Source of the DNA: Planctomycetota bacterium
GTDB lineage: Bacteria; Planctomycetota; UBA11346
NCBI GenBank assembly: GCA_044338255.1
Contig: JBIILZ010000004.1
Span: 3,808 to 67,807 of the forward strand
DNA: 64,000 nucleotides
Direction of reading: 5' to 3'
Both the position numbers and the translations under genes were made by a program. This document shows positions 8,783 to 17,251 of this stretch, piece by piece. Numbering within the stretch: position 1 is the stretch's first letter; the number at the start of each line of letters is the position of its first letter. The notes under the pieces were generated by a model. That model saw only the letters and a list, made by a program, of their open reading frames with translations. It searched no databases and had not been told where the DNA came from.

Positions 8783-9880
8783 ATGAAGATTGGCTCTTCT
8801 CTCACGTCCGTTGCCCAGCGCGTCGATCATGTCCGCCGATCAGCGCGCGACTTCCTCGCCAAGCCGGCACAGGTGCGCATCTCCGCTGTCAGCGACAAAC
8901 CGCCCGCACTCGTGCTCGATGACGGCACGGGGGCTCTCTCCTTTGGCATCAGCGATCTCGTCCACGACCAACTCGCAGACTACGCGGGGATTCCGACCCC
9001 GTACTATCGCCGCATGCTGGCGGAAACGCCGGATTTGCTGGCATCCAATGCCAACACTTGGCTACAGAAGGGTGATGGCCGCCGCCTCGTTCGCACCGCG
9101 CTCAACGATCAGGAGCAGCCCATCGCCAGGGCCTTCCTGAGCGATCGGTACCGCCCCCTCGATCATTTTCAGTTGATGGAGGCCGTGCTTCCGCTCCTGC
9201 ACGAACAGGGCATTCGCATCGAATCCTGCGAGCTGACCGAGAAGAGGTTGTACCTCAAGGCGGTCAGCGAGCGGATCACCGGTGAGGTGAAGGTCGGCGA
9301 AACGGTGATGGCAGGGATCATCGTCTCGAATTCGGAGGTCGGCTTCGGTGCCCTCGGAATCCAGCCGCTGGTCTACACCCTGCGGTGCACGAATGGGCTG
9401 GTGGTCGAAGATTCCAGCCTCCGCCAGCACCATGTCGGCCGTCGCCATGGCGACCCTGGTGATAGCGACATCCGTCATCTCCTCAGCGACGAGACCCGCT
9501 CTGCCGACGACCGTGCCTTTTTCCTCAAGGTCCGCGACGTGGCAAAGGCGGCCCTCGACGAAGGCGCATTCCGTCGGCAGGTGGAGCGCCTAAAGATCGC
9601 GGCCGGCACCCCGATCAATTCCAACAACATCGAACGTGTGGTGGAGGTCACCGCCAAGCGCTTCGGCCTGACTGATGAGGAAGGTGCCGGCGTCCTGGCC
9701 CATCTGATTCGGGGCGGAGACTTGTCCCATTGGGGTCTCTGTTCGGCCGTCACGCGATTTAGCCAGGACGTGGGCAGCTACGACCGAGCTACCGAGTTGG
9801 AGCGGATCGGTGGCAAGTTGGTCGAGTTGCCCAAAAGCGATTGGCAGCGGCTGTCGGCTGCCACGCCGTCGGTGAATTGA
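8783..9880 (+). CDS. DUF932/DUF945-family protein (phage/plasmid-like)
   Basis: 365 aa. FLSDRYRPLDHFQLMEAVLPLL, GIIVSNSEVGFGAL and the position immediately upstream of radC are typical of DUF932 genes on integrative elements. Confidence 0.65.
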   Translation: MKIGSSLTSVAQRVDHVRRSARDFLAKPAQVRISAVSDKPPALVLDDGTGALSFGISDLVHDQLADYAGIPTPYYRRMLAETPDLLASNANTWLQKGDGRRLVRTALNDQEQPIARAFLSDRYRPLDHFQLMEAVLPLLHEQGIRIESCELTEKRLYLKAVSERITGEVKVGETVMAGIIVSNSEVGFGALGIQPLVYTLRCTNGLVVEDSSLRQHHVGRRHGDPGDSDIRHLLSDETRSADDRAFFLKVRDVAKAALDEGAFRRQVERLKIAAGTPINSNNIERVVEVTAKRFGLTDEEGAGVLAHLIRGGDLSHWGLCSAVTRFSQDVGSYDRATELERIGGKLVELPKSDWQRLSAATPSVN

Positions 9881-10576
9881 ATGGAGACCTCCAACGACTT
9901 CACGGTCGGACCTCCGTGCCAAACGCCGCCGGTCATCAATCCACTGCTAGTTGATCACGCGAAGATGAGCGACGCCGACTTGGTAAAAGCGGTTTTTGGC
10001 CATCGAAGGCAGCGGCTTCGCGAACAAATCTCCAGCGCCGTTGATGGGGTTGGGCTGTTGACGATGACTAGCCTTGATCCCATTGCACTCATGACGATTG
10101 CAGACTTGCCGCCAGCAATGGCCGCACGCTTCACGGCAATTGTTGAGCTGGCGCGGCGGCTTGCTGTAGGCAGTCGTCCTGCTCGCGTAAGTCTGATGAA
10201 TCCAGAAGAGGTCTGCGCGGTAATGGCCCCGACCCTTGCCGCAATTTCCCATGAAGAGTTTTGGTGCTTGCCGTTGGATTCCCGTAAGCAACTCATCGGT
10301 TACCCCCGCATTGTCAGTCGCGGCGACGTGGACGGTACGGACGCTGGCACGCGCACGTTTACACGCCAAGCATTGCTCGCTCACGCCACATCCGCGATCG
10401 CTGTTCACAATCATCCGACTGGTGATCCCGCGCCTTCACCGTCAGACCATGCGGTAACCGTGCGACTCGTGAGCGCAGGTCGAAGCGTTGACGTGCCATT
10501 ACTCGATCACGTTATCATCGGCGACGGTGGACGGTTTGTATCACTGAGACGCAATGCACCGGAACTGTTTCGATGA
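9881..10576 (+). CDS. radC: RadC-like JAB/MPN domain protein
   Basis: The JAMM motif HNHPTGDPAPSPSD is followed by LLDHVIIG. The start codon directly abuts the DUF932 stop. Confidence 0.85.
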   Translation: METSNDFTVGPPCQTPPVINPLLVDHAKMSDADLVKAVFGHRRQRLREQISSAVDGVGLLTMTSLDPIALMTIADLPPAMAARFTAIVELARRLAVGSRPARVSLMNPEEVCAVMAPTLAAISHEEFWCLPLDSRKQLIGYPRIVSRGDVDGTDAGTRTFTRQALLAHATSAIAVHNHPTGDPAPSPSDHAVTVRLVSAGRSVDVPLLDHVIIGDGGRFVSLRRNAPELFR

Positions 10577-11261
10577 ACCGCCTTGACCATCCATCAACAA
10601 CCAGGGAACGACCACCGGTAGCGCCGGGAATTTACCAGAGTGATGCTCCCCCGGTAAACGTGATCGTTTCGTTAGCGTCACACTCCAGGAATCAGCATCG
10701 CCGAAATTGCGCGGCCACCGCACAAGTGGGAGGCGTCACACATGGCGAATAATAATAAAGATCCGTGTCGGTTACAGTGGATCGAGGGCCTTCTGGTGGC
10801 GCTGACCGCGCTGCTGGCTTGGTTGGCTCGGCGCAGGCCGTAAAAAAAAATCGGCGAATCTTGATGGTACAAATTGGCACTTGGAAAAACAATTTGGGAC
10901 GGTAAAGTTCTCATACCTCAGCCCTGCCTGCCGAGCACTGTACTTGTTTTACCGGCCTTTTTTCAGGCCCAACCGTACTCGCAAAACTCAACTGTACCCG
11001 GCAGCCTAGCGTTCATGCCGGTGTTGTATCGGCGTGCGCAAAGTCTTCGAAGCGACGTGGCAAACGTCGCGGGCTCTTGCTTGCGAGTACATCATGGCTG
11101 TAAAACCCAAAGGCCACGCCCTTTTGGCAACTTCGTCGCGCACGAAGGCTAAATTTCACACGACCACCCACCAGAAGGTCGGTCCCCGCACATCTAAAAC
11201 ACTGAAATCCCGTCGTGGGATCGTTCCTGTTCGACAGGCAGCGATCCCACGAGAGGGGTTG

Positions 11262-11441
11262 ATGACCATGGATGAGATCTGCGCCTATACCAAAATCGCA
11301 CGTTCAACCATCTATCGGTATCTTGCGAACGGCCTGAAAACGTATCAACACGGCCCTGGCGGTGCGCGTCGCTTCCTTGTTGGGGACGTGTTGCATTTCT
11401 TGTCTCGTCCGGCGTCAGTGAACACGGGGGTGGTGTCATGA
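11262..11441 (+). CDS. Excisionase/AlpA-type HTH DNA-binding protein
   Basis: MTMDEICAYTKIARSTIYRYLANGLKTYQHGPGGARRFLVGDVLHFL fits the excisionase-family HTH pattern. It is the first gene of a tightly packed xis-orf-recombinase operon. Confidence 0.6.
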   Translation: MTMDEICAYTKIARSTIYRYLANGLKTYQHGPGGARRFLVGDVLHFLSRPASVNTGVVS

Positions 11442-11839
11442 ACACATCCACGAAAAACCTGATTGTTGGCGTAAATTTCAAAACCTATTTCACGAAAGAA
11501 ACTGCCATGCAGATCGTTTCCGATCCGCCTATGGCGGATTTTTATCGCCATCCGGTGACCTCCTTCCTCGGAGTTCAACCTGAATGGCGTCATGAAGATT
11601 CATCGAATGTCCGGCCATCTCCTCGCATTGCTCGATCGTCTAAAAGCACGCGTGGTGTCGTAAAGCATGCGCCGCCAGATTTTCACCGCCCTGGCTCGGT
11701 CGCGGTCGAATTCCGTTCGACTGGAGATGTTCAGGTTTCTCGGCGCATTGCCGAAGGGGTGATGCTGCTGCGGCAGTGGGGGCGTGAGGCAATCGCCGCT
11801 CGGTCGTTGAATGAACCTGTTTCGGCGTTGGCGAGCTGA
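11438..11839 (+). CDS. Hypothetical protein in the recombination module
   Basis: The start overlaps the xis stop (ATGA at 11438) and the stop lies 2 nt before the recombinase start. No motif recognised. Confidence 0.4.
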   Translation: MNTSTKNLIVGVNFKTYFTKETAMQIVSDPPMADFYRHPVTSFLGVQPEWRHEDSSNVRPSPRIARSSKSTRGVVKHAPPDFHRPGSVAVEFRSTGDVQVSRRIAEGVMLLRQWGREAIAARSLNEPVSALAS

Positions 11840-11841
11840 AC

Positions 11842-13467
11842 ATGAAACCAATACCAATCACGACAACCACGAAACCATATGTGATCTACACCCGGGTTTC
11901 AACCGAAGAGCAGGCTGAAAAAGGTCACAGCCTCGCGGCTCAGGAAAAAGCATGCCGCGCGACGTGCGAAGGTCGTGGCCTTCCCATTGGTCATGTGTTG
12001 TGCGACTCAGGCCAGAGCGCAAAGAATCTCGATCGCCCACAAGTTCAGCGTTTGTTGGAGATGGTCCGCGCCGGGCAGATCGGTGGCATCATGATTTGGC
12101 GGCTCGACCGCTTGACGCGCAACCTCCGTGATTTGCTTGATTTGGTCGAGTTGATTTCGGAAACAAATACGGCACTTGTCTCGGTCTGTGAGCAGATCGC
12201 CACCGATACTCCGGCAGGGCGCATGATGTTGGCCATCCTTGGGACCGTTGCGCAATGGGAACGCGAGACGATCGCTGAACGAATCCGCATGGGCGTTCGC
12301 CAGCGCATTCAGGATGGTGGTTGGACCGGTGGGCCAACGCCTGCTGGCTGCAAAGTAGTAGAAGAAGCAGGCGGGAAAATGTTGGAGGTCGACCCGACGA
12401 CCGCGCCCATCGTCAGTCAGATCTGGTCCATGGTGGCGAATGGAGCAACGCTCAACGACGTCGCCGTGTACCTGACCGAGGGTGGCATTGAACCACCGCG
12501 CAAGATGGGGTGGCGTCCAGCAACCGTCCATTCGCTCTTGAAGCAGATTCGTCTCATCGGGTTGCTGGTGTCCGATGAGACCTTCAATGCGGCTCATGCT
12601 GTGCTTCGGTCTCGGAGCTGCCCGGCTCGTCCCAATGGCGGTGCTCGCCTCTCCAGTCAGTCGCGGTCTGAACGCATCTGGCCACTGGCCAACTTGGCCC
12701 GCTGCGCCCACTGCGGCGGTTCTATGTTTGGGCACTCGGCCGTGAGCGGCAAAGGAGTCCGCTACTTCTACCTCCGCTGCACCAACAAGACCAAGAACCT
12801 GTGCAAGGCCCCAGACCTTGCGGCTCCGGTTTGGGAGGCTGCCATCTGCAAGGCGGTGCAGATGGTGTTGGTCGACCAGGGGCCGTATGCTGAGCGTCTC
12901 AATGCGACGACCGTTGAGCTTCAGCGCCGAGCTAGCACCCGTCAGGTTGACCTGGACGTGATGATCAAGGAGCGCGATGGGGTACAGGCACGCATCGCCC
13001 GACTGGTGAGCCTCGCAGAAGCTGGCGATGTCCCGATCAAGGGGATCGCCGATCGACTCAAGGAACTGGAGAAGGAGTCGGCTACCCTGGACCTGAAGGT
13101 TGCCGAGATGGAAGGGCTGTCGTCAGCCGCGCACATCGACGGCGACAGCGTGCAGATGCTCCTGGAGCAGATGCAGGCCGGGTCGGTGGGACTGGAGAGC
13201 CGCACCCCGGAAGAGCAGAAGCTGGTCCTGCACAGCCTCCTGGTGGAGGTGCAGATTGGCCTTGGGAAGCCAATCGGCTTAGCCATGTGGATGCCGGATC
13301 TGATGGCCTTGGCCGGGTCCAAAGGGACACCGCAAACCAAGGAACCCATGCCAACCGGAGGGGTTTCCTCCGGCGGACATGGGTTCGCCTGGTCATCTTC
13401 ATTGGTGGAGGCGGAGGGAATCGAACCCTCGTCCGAACATGTTCGTACACCGCGTCTACGCGTGTAG
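11842..13467 (+). CDS. Large serine recombinase (island 1 integrase)
   Basis: Resolvase catalytic domain: YVIYTRVSTEEQ (Ser nucleophile) and WRLDRLTRN. A recombinase domain, a zinc ribbon (CAHCGGSMFG...YLRCTNKTKNLC) and a coiled-coil follow. The last ~21 codons plus the stop (13403-13467, 65 nt) are encoded by the antisense of the tmRNA 3' end. Confidence 0.9.
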   Translation: MKPIPITTTTKPYVIYTRVSTEEQAEKGHSLAAQEKACRATCEGRGLPIGHVLCDSGQSAKNLDRPQVQRLLEMVRAGQIGGIMIWRLDRLTRNLRDLLDLVELISETNTALVSVCEQIATDTPAGRMMLAILGTVAQWERETIAERIRMGVRQRIQDGGWTGGPTPAGCKVVEEAGGKMLEVDPTTAPIVSQIWSMVANGATLNDVAVYLTEGGIEPPRKMGWRPATVHSLLKQIRLIGLLVSDETFNAAHAVLRSRSCPARPNGGARLSSQSRSERIWPLANLARCAHCGGSMFGHSAVSGKGVRYFYLRCTNKTKNLCKAPDLAAPVWEAAICKAVQMVLVDQGPYAERLNATTVELQRRASTRQVDLDVMIKERDGVQARIARLVSLAEAGDVPIKGIADRLKELEKESATLDLKVAEMEGLSSAAHIDGDSVQMLLEQMQAGSVGLESRTPEEQKLVLHSLLVEVQIGLGKPIGLAMWMPDLMALAGSKGTPQTKEPMPTGGVSSGGHGFAWSSSLVEAEGIEPSSEHVRTPRLRV

Positions 13468-13765
13468 GCAGTCATTTGTCGTCATCCATGAACACGACGG
13501 CTGCCAGCCTGGTTCATGGAGCAGTCCGGCTTTTCCTCGCTGACGGTAATCGGACGGCTCCGTCAGCCAGCTGATAATTATTATGGAAATTGCCGGGAGC
13601 ATCAGCACCCCCGGGTCTCCAACTCGTTACTTAATTAATTAAGCAGCGAGAGCGTACTCGACATGATCGTCGGCACGTGTGTTTTTGCGGGTTATTTACG
13701 TGGCCTCCCGCACCACGACGCGCGGCAAAGCGCCGGTGCATGCCCGTCGAAACCTGGTCGCCCCC
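13403..13765 (-). ncRNA. ssrA: tmRNA (SsrA)
   Basis: On the minus strand the 5' end is GGGGGCGACCAGGTTTCGACGGG. The 3' end is GGGTTCGATTCCCTCCGCCTCCACCA, with the G3:U70 pair in the acceptor stem. The tag ORF GCC GAC GAT CAT GTC GAG TAC GCT CTC GCT GCT TAA encodes ADDHVEYALAA. It is followed by TAATTAATTAA, which gives stops in all three frames. Confidence 0.9.
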
Positions 13766-13807
13766 ACATGAACTGTTTTTCAAAGCGTCTGCTATCCGTG
13801 ATGCAGC

Positions 13808-14926
13808 CTACGCATCATTCGCGCCAAGGAAGTCGAAGATGCTCTGCTGCCGGCCATGCGGCGAGCGGAAGGCCGCCGTCGAGAACGTCGGCCAACCATC
13901 GGTCAGGCCGTGGCGGGTGCGGTACAGCCGGAACTGGTCTCCGATGAGCTGCGCCAGGGGGCCGCTGCCGCGCATGCGCTGGCCAGCACCTCCGCCACTG
14001 AGCTTGCCGTCATGGCAGCTGGCAATCGCGCTCATGATCTTGTTCTTGGCCGCCGGCGCGTGGCGATCGAGCCAGTCGCTGAAGAGGTCCTCCACGGCGT
14101 GCGGCAGGCGCACGATCGAATAGGCGGCGGCGCACGCGCCGTGGTCGGCGGCGGCTTGCAGGATGGCCGGCATTTCATGGTCGTTGAGGCCGGGGATCAA
14201 CGGGGCGACGTTGACGGTCACGGGAATGCCGGCATCGGCCAAGGCCCGGATCGCCGCCAGTCGTGCCCGGGGCATGCTGGCGCGCGGCTCGAGGGCGGCG
14301 GCAAGGTCCTGCTTGAGGGAGGTCAGCGAGATGGTGACGGCGGCGGCGTGGTCGCGCGCGAGATCCTGAAGGACGTCGATATCGCGGGTAACCAGGCGGT
14401 TCTTGGTGATGATGGCTACCGGATTGCGGAATTCAGCGAGCACCTCCAGGCAGGCACGGGTGACGCGAAAAGTGCGCTCGGCGGGCTGATAGCAGTCGGT
14501 GACGCCGCTGAGATTGAGTACCTGCGGCTTCCAACCGGGTGACGAAAGTTCGGCTCGCAGCAGGTCTGGGGCCTCACGTTTGACCAGGATCCGGCTCTCG
14601 AAATCTAGGCCCGCCGACAGTCCCAGGTATTCGTGATAAGGCCGCGCATAGCAGTAACTGCAGCCGTGCTCGCAGCCGCGGTAGGGATTGAGGCTGGCGT
14701 TGAAGGGGATGTCGGGCGAGTCGTTGTAGGTGATCACCGAACGCGTGCGGTCGTCGGTGAAGGTCGTGCTGGGTGCGCTTTGTTCCTGCGGGTTCCATTG
14801 CTCGGCATCATCGGGATCACGCGCGGTGTGCGTGCGTTCAAAACGATTGGCGGGGTTGCGCGCCGTGCCGCGACCGGAGTGCCACGCGCCGGTGGCGAAG
14901 CGTTGCTGATCGGGTGTGGAATCCAC
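13808..14926 (-). CDS. Radical SAM protein (PA0069 family)
   Basis: The CEHGCSYCYAR CxxxCxxC cluster motif sits after an N-terminal NPANRFE segment that is characteristic of this family. Confidence 0.8.
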   Translation of the reverse strand: MDSTPDQQRFATGAWHSGRGTARNPANRFERTHTARDPDDAEQWNPQEQSAPSTTFTDDRTRSVITYNDSPDIPFNASLNPYRGCEHGCSYCYARPYHEYLGLSAGLDFESRILVKREAPDLLRAELSSPGWKPQVLNLSGVTDCYQPAERTFRVTRACLEVLAEFRNPVAIITKNRLVTRDIDVLQDLARDHAAAVTISLTSLKQDLAAALEPRASMPRARLAAIRALADAGIPVTVNVAPLIPGLNDHEMPAILQAAADHGACAAAYSIVRLPHAVEDLFSDWLDRHAPAAKNKIMSAIASCHDGKLSGGGAGQRMRGSGPLAQLIGDQFRLYRTRHGLTDGWPTFSTAAFRSPHGRQQSIFDFLGANDA

Positions 14927-14977
14927 TATGTCAGGCTAGATCGCTAATAAGTCCGTACAAACCTATTTTTCGGTTGT

Positions 14978-15451
14978 TCAGCGGGCGAGCGCAACGATCG
15001 CGTCGTAATGCTCGGCAGACACCGGCTGCACCGACAGTCGCGAGGCCTGGAACAGGAGCATGCCCGAGAGCGTCGATGCTTTACGCATTTCTTCCAGCGC
15101 CAGGACCTGGGTGAAGGCGCGCACGAAACGCACGTCGACGAGAAACCAGCGTGGTCCGCTGGTGGTCGCCTGGGGATCGAAGTACTCGCTGTGCACGTCG
15201 AACTGGGTCGGATCGGGGTAGGCCTTGGAGGCCACCGTCGCCAGCCCGGCGACGCCGCTGGGCTTGGCGTTGCTGTGGTAGAAGAGCACCCGGTCGCCGA
15301 CCTGCATTTCATCGCGCATGAAATTGCGCGCCTGGTAATTGCGCACACCGCTCCAGGGCTCCTGGCTGACCTTCTGCAGATCTTGGATAGCGAAGCTGTC
15401 TGGTTCGGATTTCATCAGCCAGCAGCGTCCGGGACCTTTCTTAGAGGGCAT
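14978..15451 (-). CDS. EVE (PUA-like) domain protein
   Basis: CWLMKSEPDSFAIQDL...WSGVRNYQARNFMRDEMQVGDRVLFYHS is the canonical EVE-domain N-terminus. Confidence 0.85.
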   Translation of the reverse strand: MPSKKGPGRCWLMKSEPDSFAIQDLQKVSQEPWSGVRNYQARNFMRDEMQVGDRVLFYHSNAKPSGVAGLATVASKAYPDPTQFDVHSEYFDPQATTSGPRWFLVDVRFVRAFTQVLALEEMRKASTLSGMLLFQASRLSVQPVSAEHYDAIVALAR

Positions 15452-16115
15452 CGTTCAGCTCGCGAAAATCGGTGACGAACCAATCGGCGCCGGCGACGAC
15501 CTTGGGCCGTTGTACGACGCCGCCAAAGCCGATGAAGGCATCGGCAGGGGGGCGGGCTTCGAGATCGGTGACGCCGTCGCCGACCATGATCAGCGGTTGA
15601 TAGCCGAAACGGGTCTTCAGTTGGGCCAGGGCCTTGGCCTTGCCGCCGCTGGCCGAGGTCGGCTGCGTGGTGTCGAAGCCACGATAGGTGCCATCGCCGT
15701 GGAATTGCAGGACGTTGGCAATGATGCGCTCGCTGGCGATTCCGACCAGTTTGGCCACCGGTCCGATCATTTGCCGGAAGCCGCCGCTGACGAGGTAGAC
15801 GTGGGTGCCGCGCGCATGCAGGCAGCGGATCAGTTCGCCGACGCCGGGGGTCAGGCGTGGGGGGTGCTTGGCCAGGCATTGACTGACCATGGCCCGCGAG
15901 GGTCGGATCAGATTCAAACGCTGCGAGAGGGCGAATTCGAACGGGACCTTGCCGCCCATGGCGCTGGCGGTGAGCTGGGCGACCTGCGTGCCGAGCCCGC
16001 TGTGGGCGGCAAGCACGTCGATGCCCTCGTCTTGGATGACGGTGGAATCGACATCGAAGCATACCGCCTTGGCGGTGCGCCACAGCTCGAGGGTGGGCGG
16101 ATGGCGCGGGGGCAT
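15441..16115 (-). CDS. serB: Phosphoserine phosphatase (HAD superfamily)
   Basis: Start at MPPRHPP (ATG 16115-16113). HAD motif I is CFDVDSTV. Further motifs are VSGGF and MVGDGVTD. The longer track ORF (to 16754) overlaps accD and was rejected. Confidence 0.75.
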   Translation of the reverse strand: MPPRHPPTLELWRTAKAVCFDVDSTVIQDEGIDVLAAHSGLGTQVAQLTASAMGGKVPFEFALSQRLNLIRPSRAMVSQCLAKHPPRLTPGVGELIRCLHARGTHVYLVSGGFRQMIGPVAKLVGIASERIIANVLQFHGDGTYRGFDTTQPTSASGGKAKALAQLKTRFGYQPLIMVGDGVTDLEARPPADAFIGFGGVVQRPKVVAGADWFVTDFRELNDAL

Positions 16116-16120
16116 GGGCG

Positions 16121-16966
16121 TCAGGCGATGTGCTGCATCAGGTAGCCGATCAAGCGCGCGATTTCGGCCTTCATGTCCTGGCGGGTGACGATGAGATCGA
16201 GCTGGCCGTGCTTGAGCAGGAATTCCGAGGTCTGGAAGCCCTCTGGCAGTTCCTGCTTGATGGTCTCCTGGATGACGCGCGCGCCGGTGAAGCCGATGAG
16301 GGCCTTGGGCTCGGCGATGATCACGTCGCCGAGGCTGGCGAAGCTGGCCATGACCCCGGCCATGGTCGGATTGGTCAGGATGCTGAAGTAGGGCAGGCGC
16401 TTTTCCGCATGGCGGGCGAGCGCGGCGCTGGTCTTGGTCATCTGCATCAGGGAGATCGCGCCTTCCTGCATGCGCGCTCCGCCCGAGGCGTTGACGATGA
16501 TCGCCGGCATGCGCGCGGCGGTCGATTTCTCGATCATGCGCGTGAGCTTTTCGCCGACCACCGAACCCATCGAGCCGCCGTTGAAGTCGAAGTCCATGAC
16601 GCCGAGGCCAACAGCCTGGCCGCTGATCTTGCCGGTGCCGGTGAGCACGGCGTCCTTCATGCCGGTCTTGGCCTGCTGCTGGGCGATGCGCTCGGGATAG
16701 GGTTTGCCGTCGATGAAGCCGAGGGGATCGCCGCTGACCAGGTCGGCGTCCCATTCGCTCCAGGTGCCTTCATCGATCAGGCTGGCGATGCGTCGGCTGG
16801 CGGGCATGCGGAAGTGATGATTGCACTCGGGGCAGGTATCCATGCGCTCTTCGACCAGCCGCTTGAACACGGTCTTCACGCAGGAGGGGCATTTGATCCA
16901 CAGGCCATCGGGGATCTTTTTGGGATCTTTGGTGGGAGTGGAGCGGCGAAGGCGATCGAGAACCAT
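16121..16966 (-). CDS. accD: Acetyl-CoA carboxylase carboxyltransferase beta subunit
   Basis: MVLDRLRRSTPTKDPKKIPDGLWIKCPSC...CPECNHH is the N-terminal zinc ribbon. It is followed by GSMGSVVGEK and the carboxyltransferase core. Start set at ATG 16966-16964 because this N-terminus matches the usual AccD layout. Confidence 0.9.
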   Translation of the reverse strand: MVLDRLRRSTPTKDPKKIPDGLWIKCPSCVKTVFKRLVEERMDTCPECNHHFRMPASRRIASLIDEGTWSEWDADLVSGDPLGFIDGKPYPERIAQQQAKTGMKDAVLTGTGKISGQAVGLGVMDFDFNGGSMGSVVGEKLTRMIEKSTAARMPAIIVNASGGARMQEGAISLMQMTKTSAALARHAEKRLPYFSILTNPTMAGVMASFASLGDVIIAEPKALIGFTGARVIQETIKQELPEGFQTSEFLLKHGQLDLIVTRQDMKAEIARLIGYLMQHIA

Positions 16967-16999
16967 GGGTGGGGAAGGCTGGGGCTTTCGCGGCTTTTT

Positions 17000-17063
17000 C
17001 CAGTGGGAGTTCCAGTGGGAGTTCCAGTGGGAGTTCCAGTGGGAATTCCAGTGGGAGTTCCAG
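17000..17063. repeat. 12-bp tandem repeat CCAGTGGGAGTT, 5.3 copies
   Basis: Five head-to-tail copies, the fourth being the variant CCAGTGGGAATT, plus a partial CCAG. It lies 34 bp upstream of the accD start, in the accD/nusA divergent intergenic region. Confidence 0.95.
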
Positions 17064-17251
17064 ATAAACATTCCCACGCCAGAAGCTGGCCGTCGCGACG
17101 AACCCACCAATTCAAAACTTGCAACGCCCGCAGTGTCCCTAACATCCGCCCTTCACTCTTCCGGTTTTCCGAAAGCGTGGGCCGGGCGGCTCACGCTTTT
17201 TTCGTCCAGTGTACTTTTTTTGACCGCCCCAGAAGGACTCCAGGCCATATC

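Larger units (their letters stand above)
1..13467. mobile_element. Integrated genomic island at the 3' end of ssrA (left end outside the window)
   Basis: A terminal large serine recombinase reads into the tmRNA 3' end. Excisionase-type HTH genes are present. RadC, DUF932, PD-(D/E)XK nuclease and EcsC cargo are typical of integrative elements. DNA is visibly more AT-rich than the adjacent housekeeping block. The right junction lies somewhere within 13403-13467. Confidence 0.7.

Noticed and set aside
10870-10890. TGGCAC-containing sequences (10878, 40513, 56866 antisense) checked as sigma-54 promoters, given the NtrC-type activator
   Set aside because: None has the TGGCAC-N5-TTGC spacing and orientation.
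13287-13947. Short ORFs (13287-13574, 13663-13947, 13677-14123) across the ssrA locus
   Set aside because: They lie on the tmRNA gene or antisense to the radical SAM gene. The tmRNA fold and tag explain the sequence.
15441-16754. 437-aa version of the phosphoserine phosphatase ORF
   Set aside because: The upstream 213 codons overlap accD out of frame and are Arg/His/Pro/Gly-rich. The HAD domain begins right after the internal Met at 16115.
16967-17110. N-terminal extension of AccD containing (WNSH)x5, encoded by the 12-bp repeat
   Set aside because: The repeat is in frame with accD. However, MVLDRLRR...IPDGLWIKCPSC already aligns with the normal AccD N-terminus, and the extension has no counterpart I know of in AccD. 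It is treated as 5' non-coding repeat DNA. Copy-number changes would stay in frame, so this remains a small caveat.
16130-17251. Upstream 374 codons of the 812-aa track ORF that contains nusA
   Set aside because: This part is antisense to accD and has Gly/Ala/His/Asp-rich high-GC composition. NusA begins with its conserved N-terminal domain at 17252.
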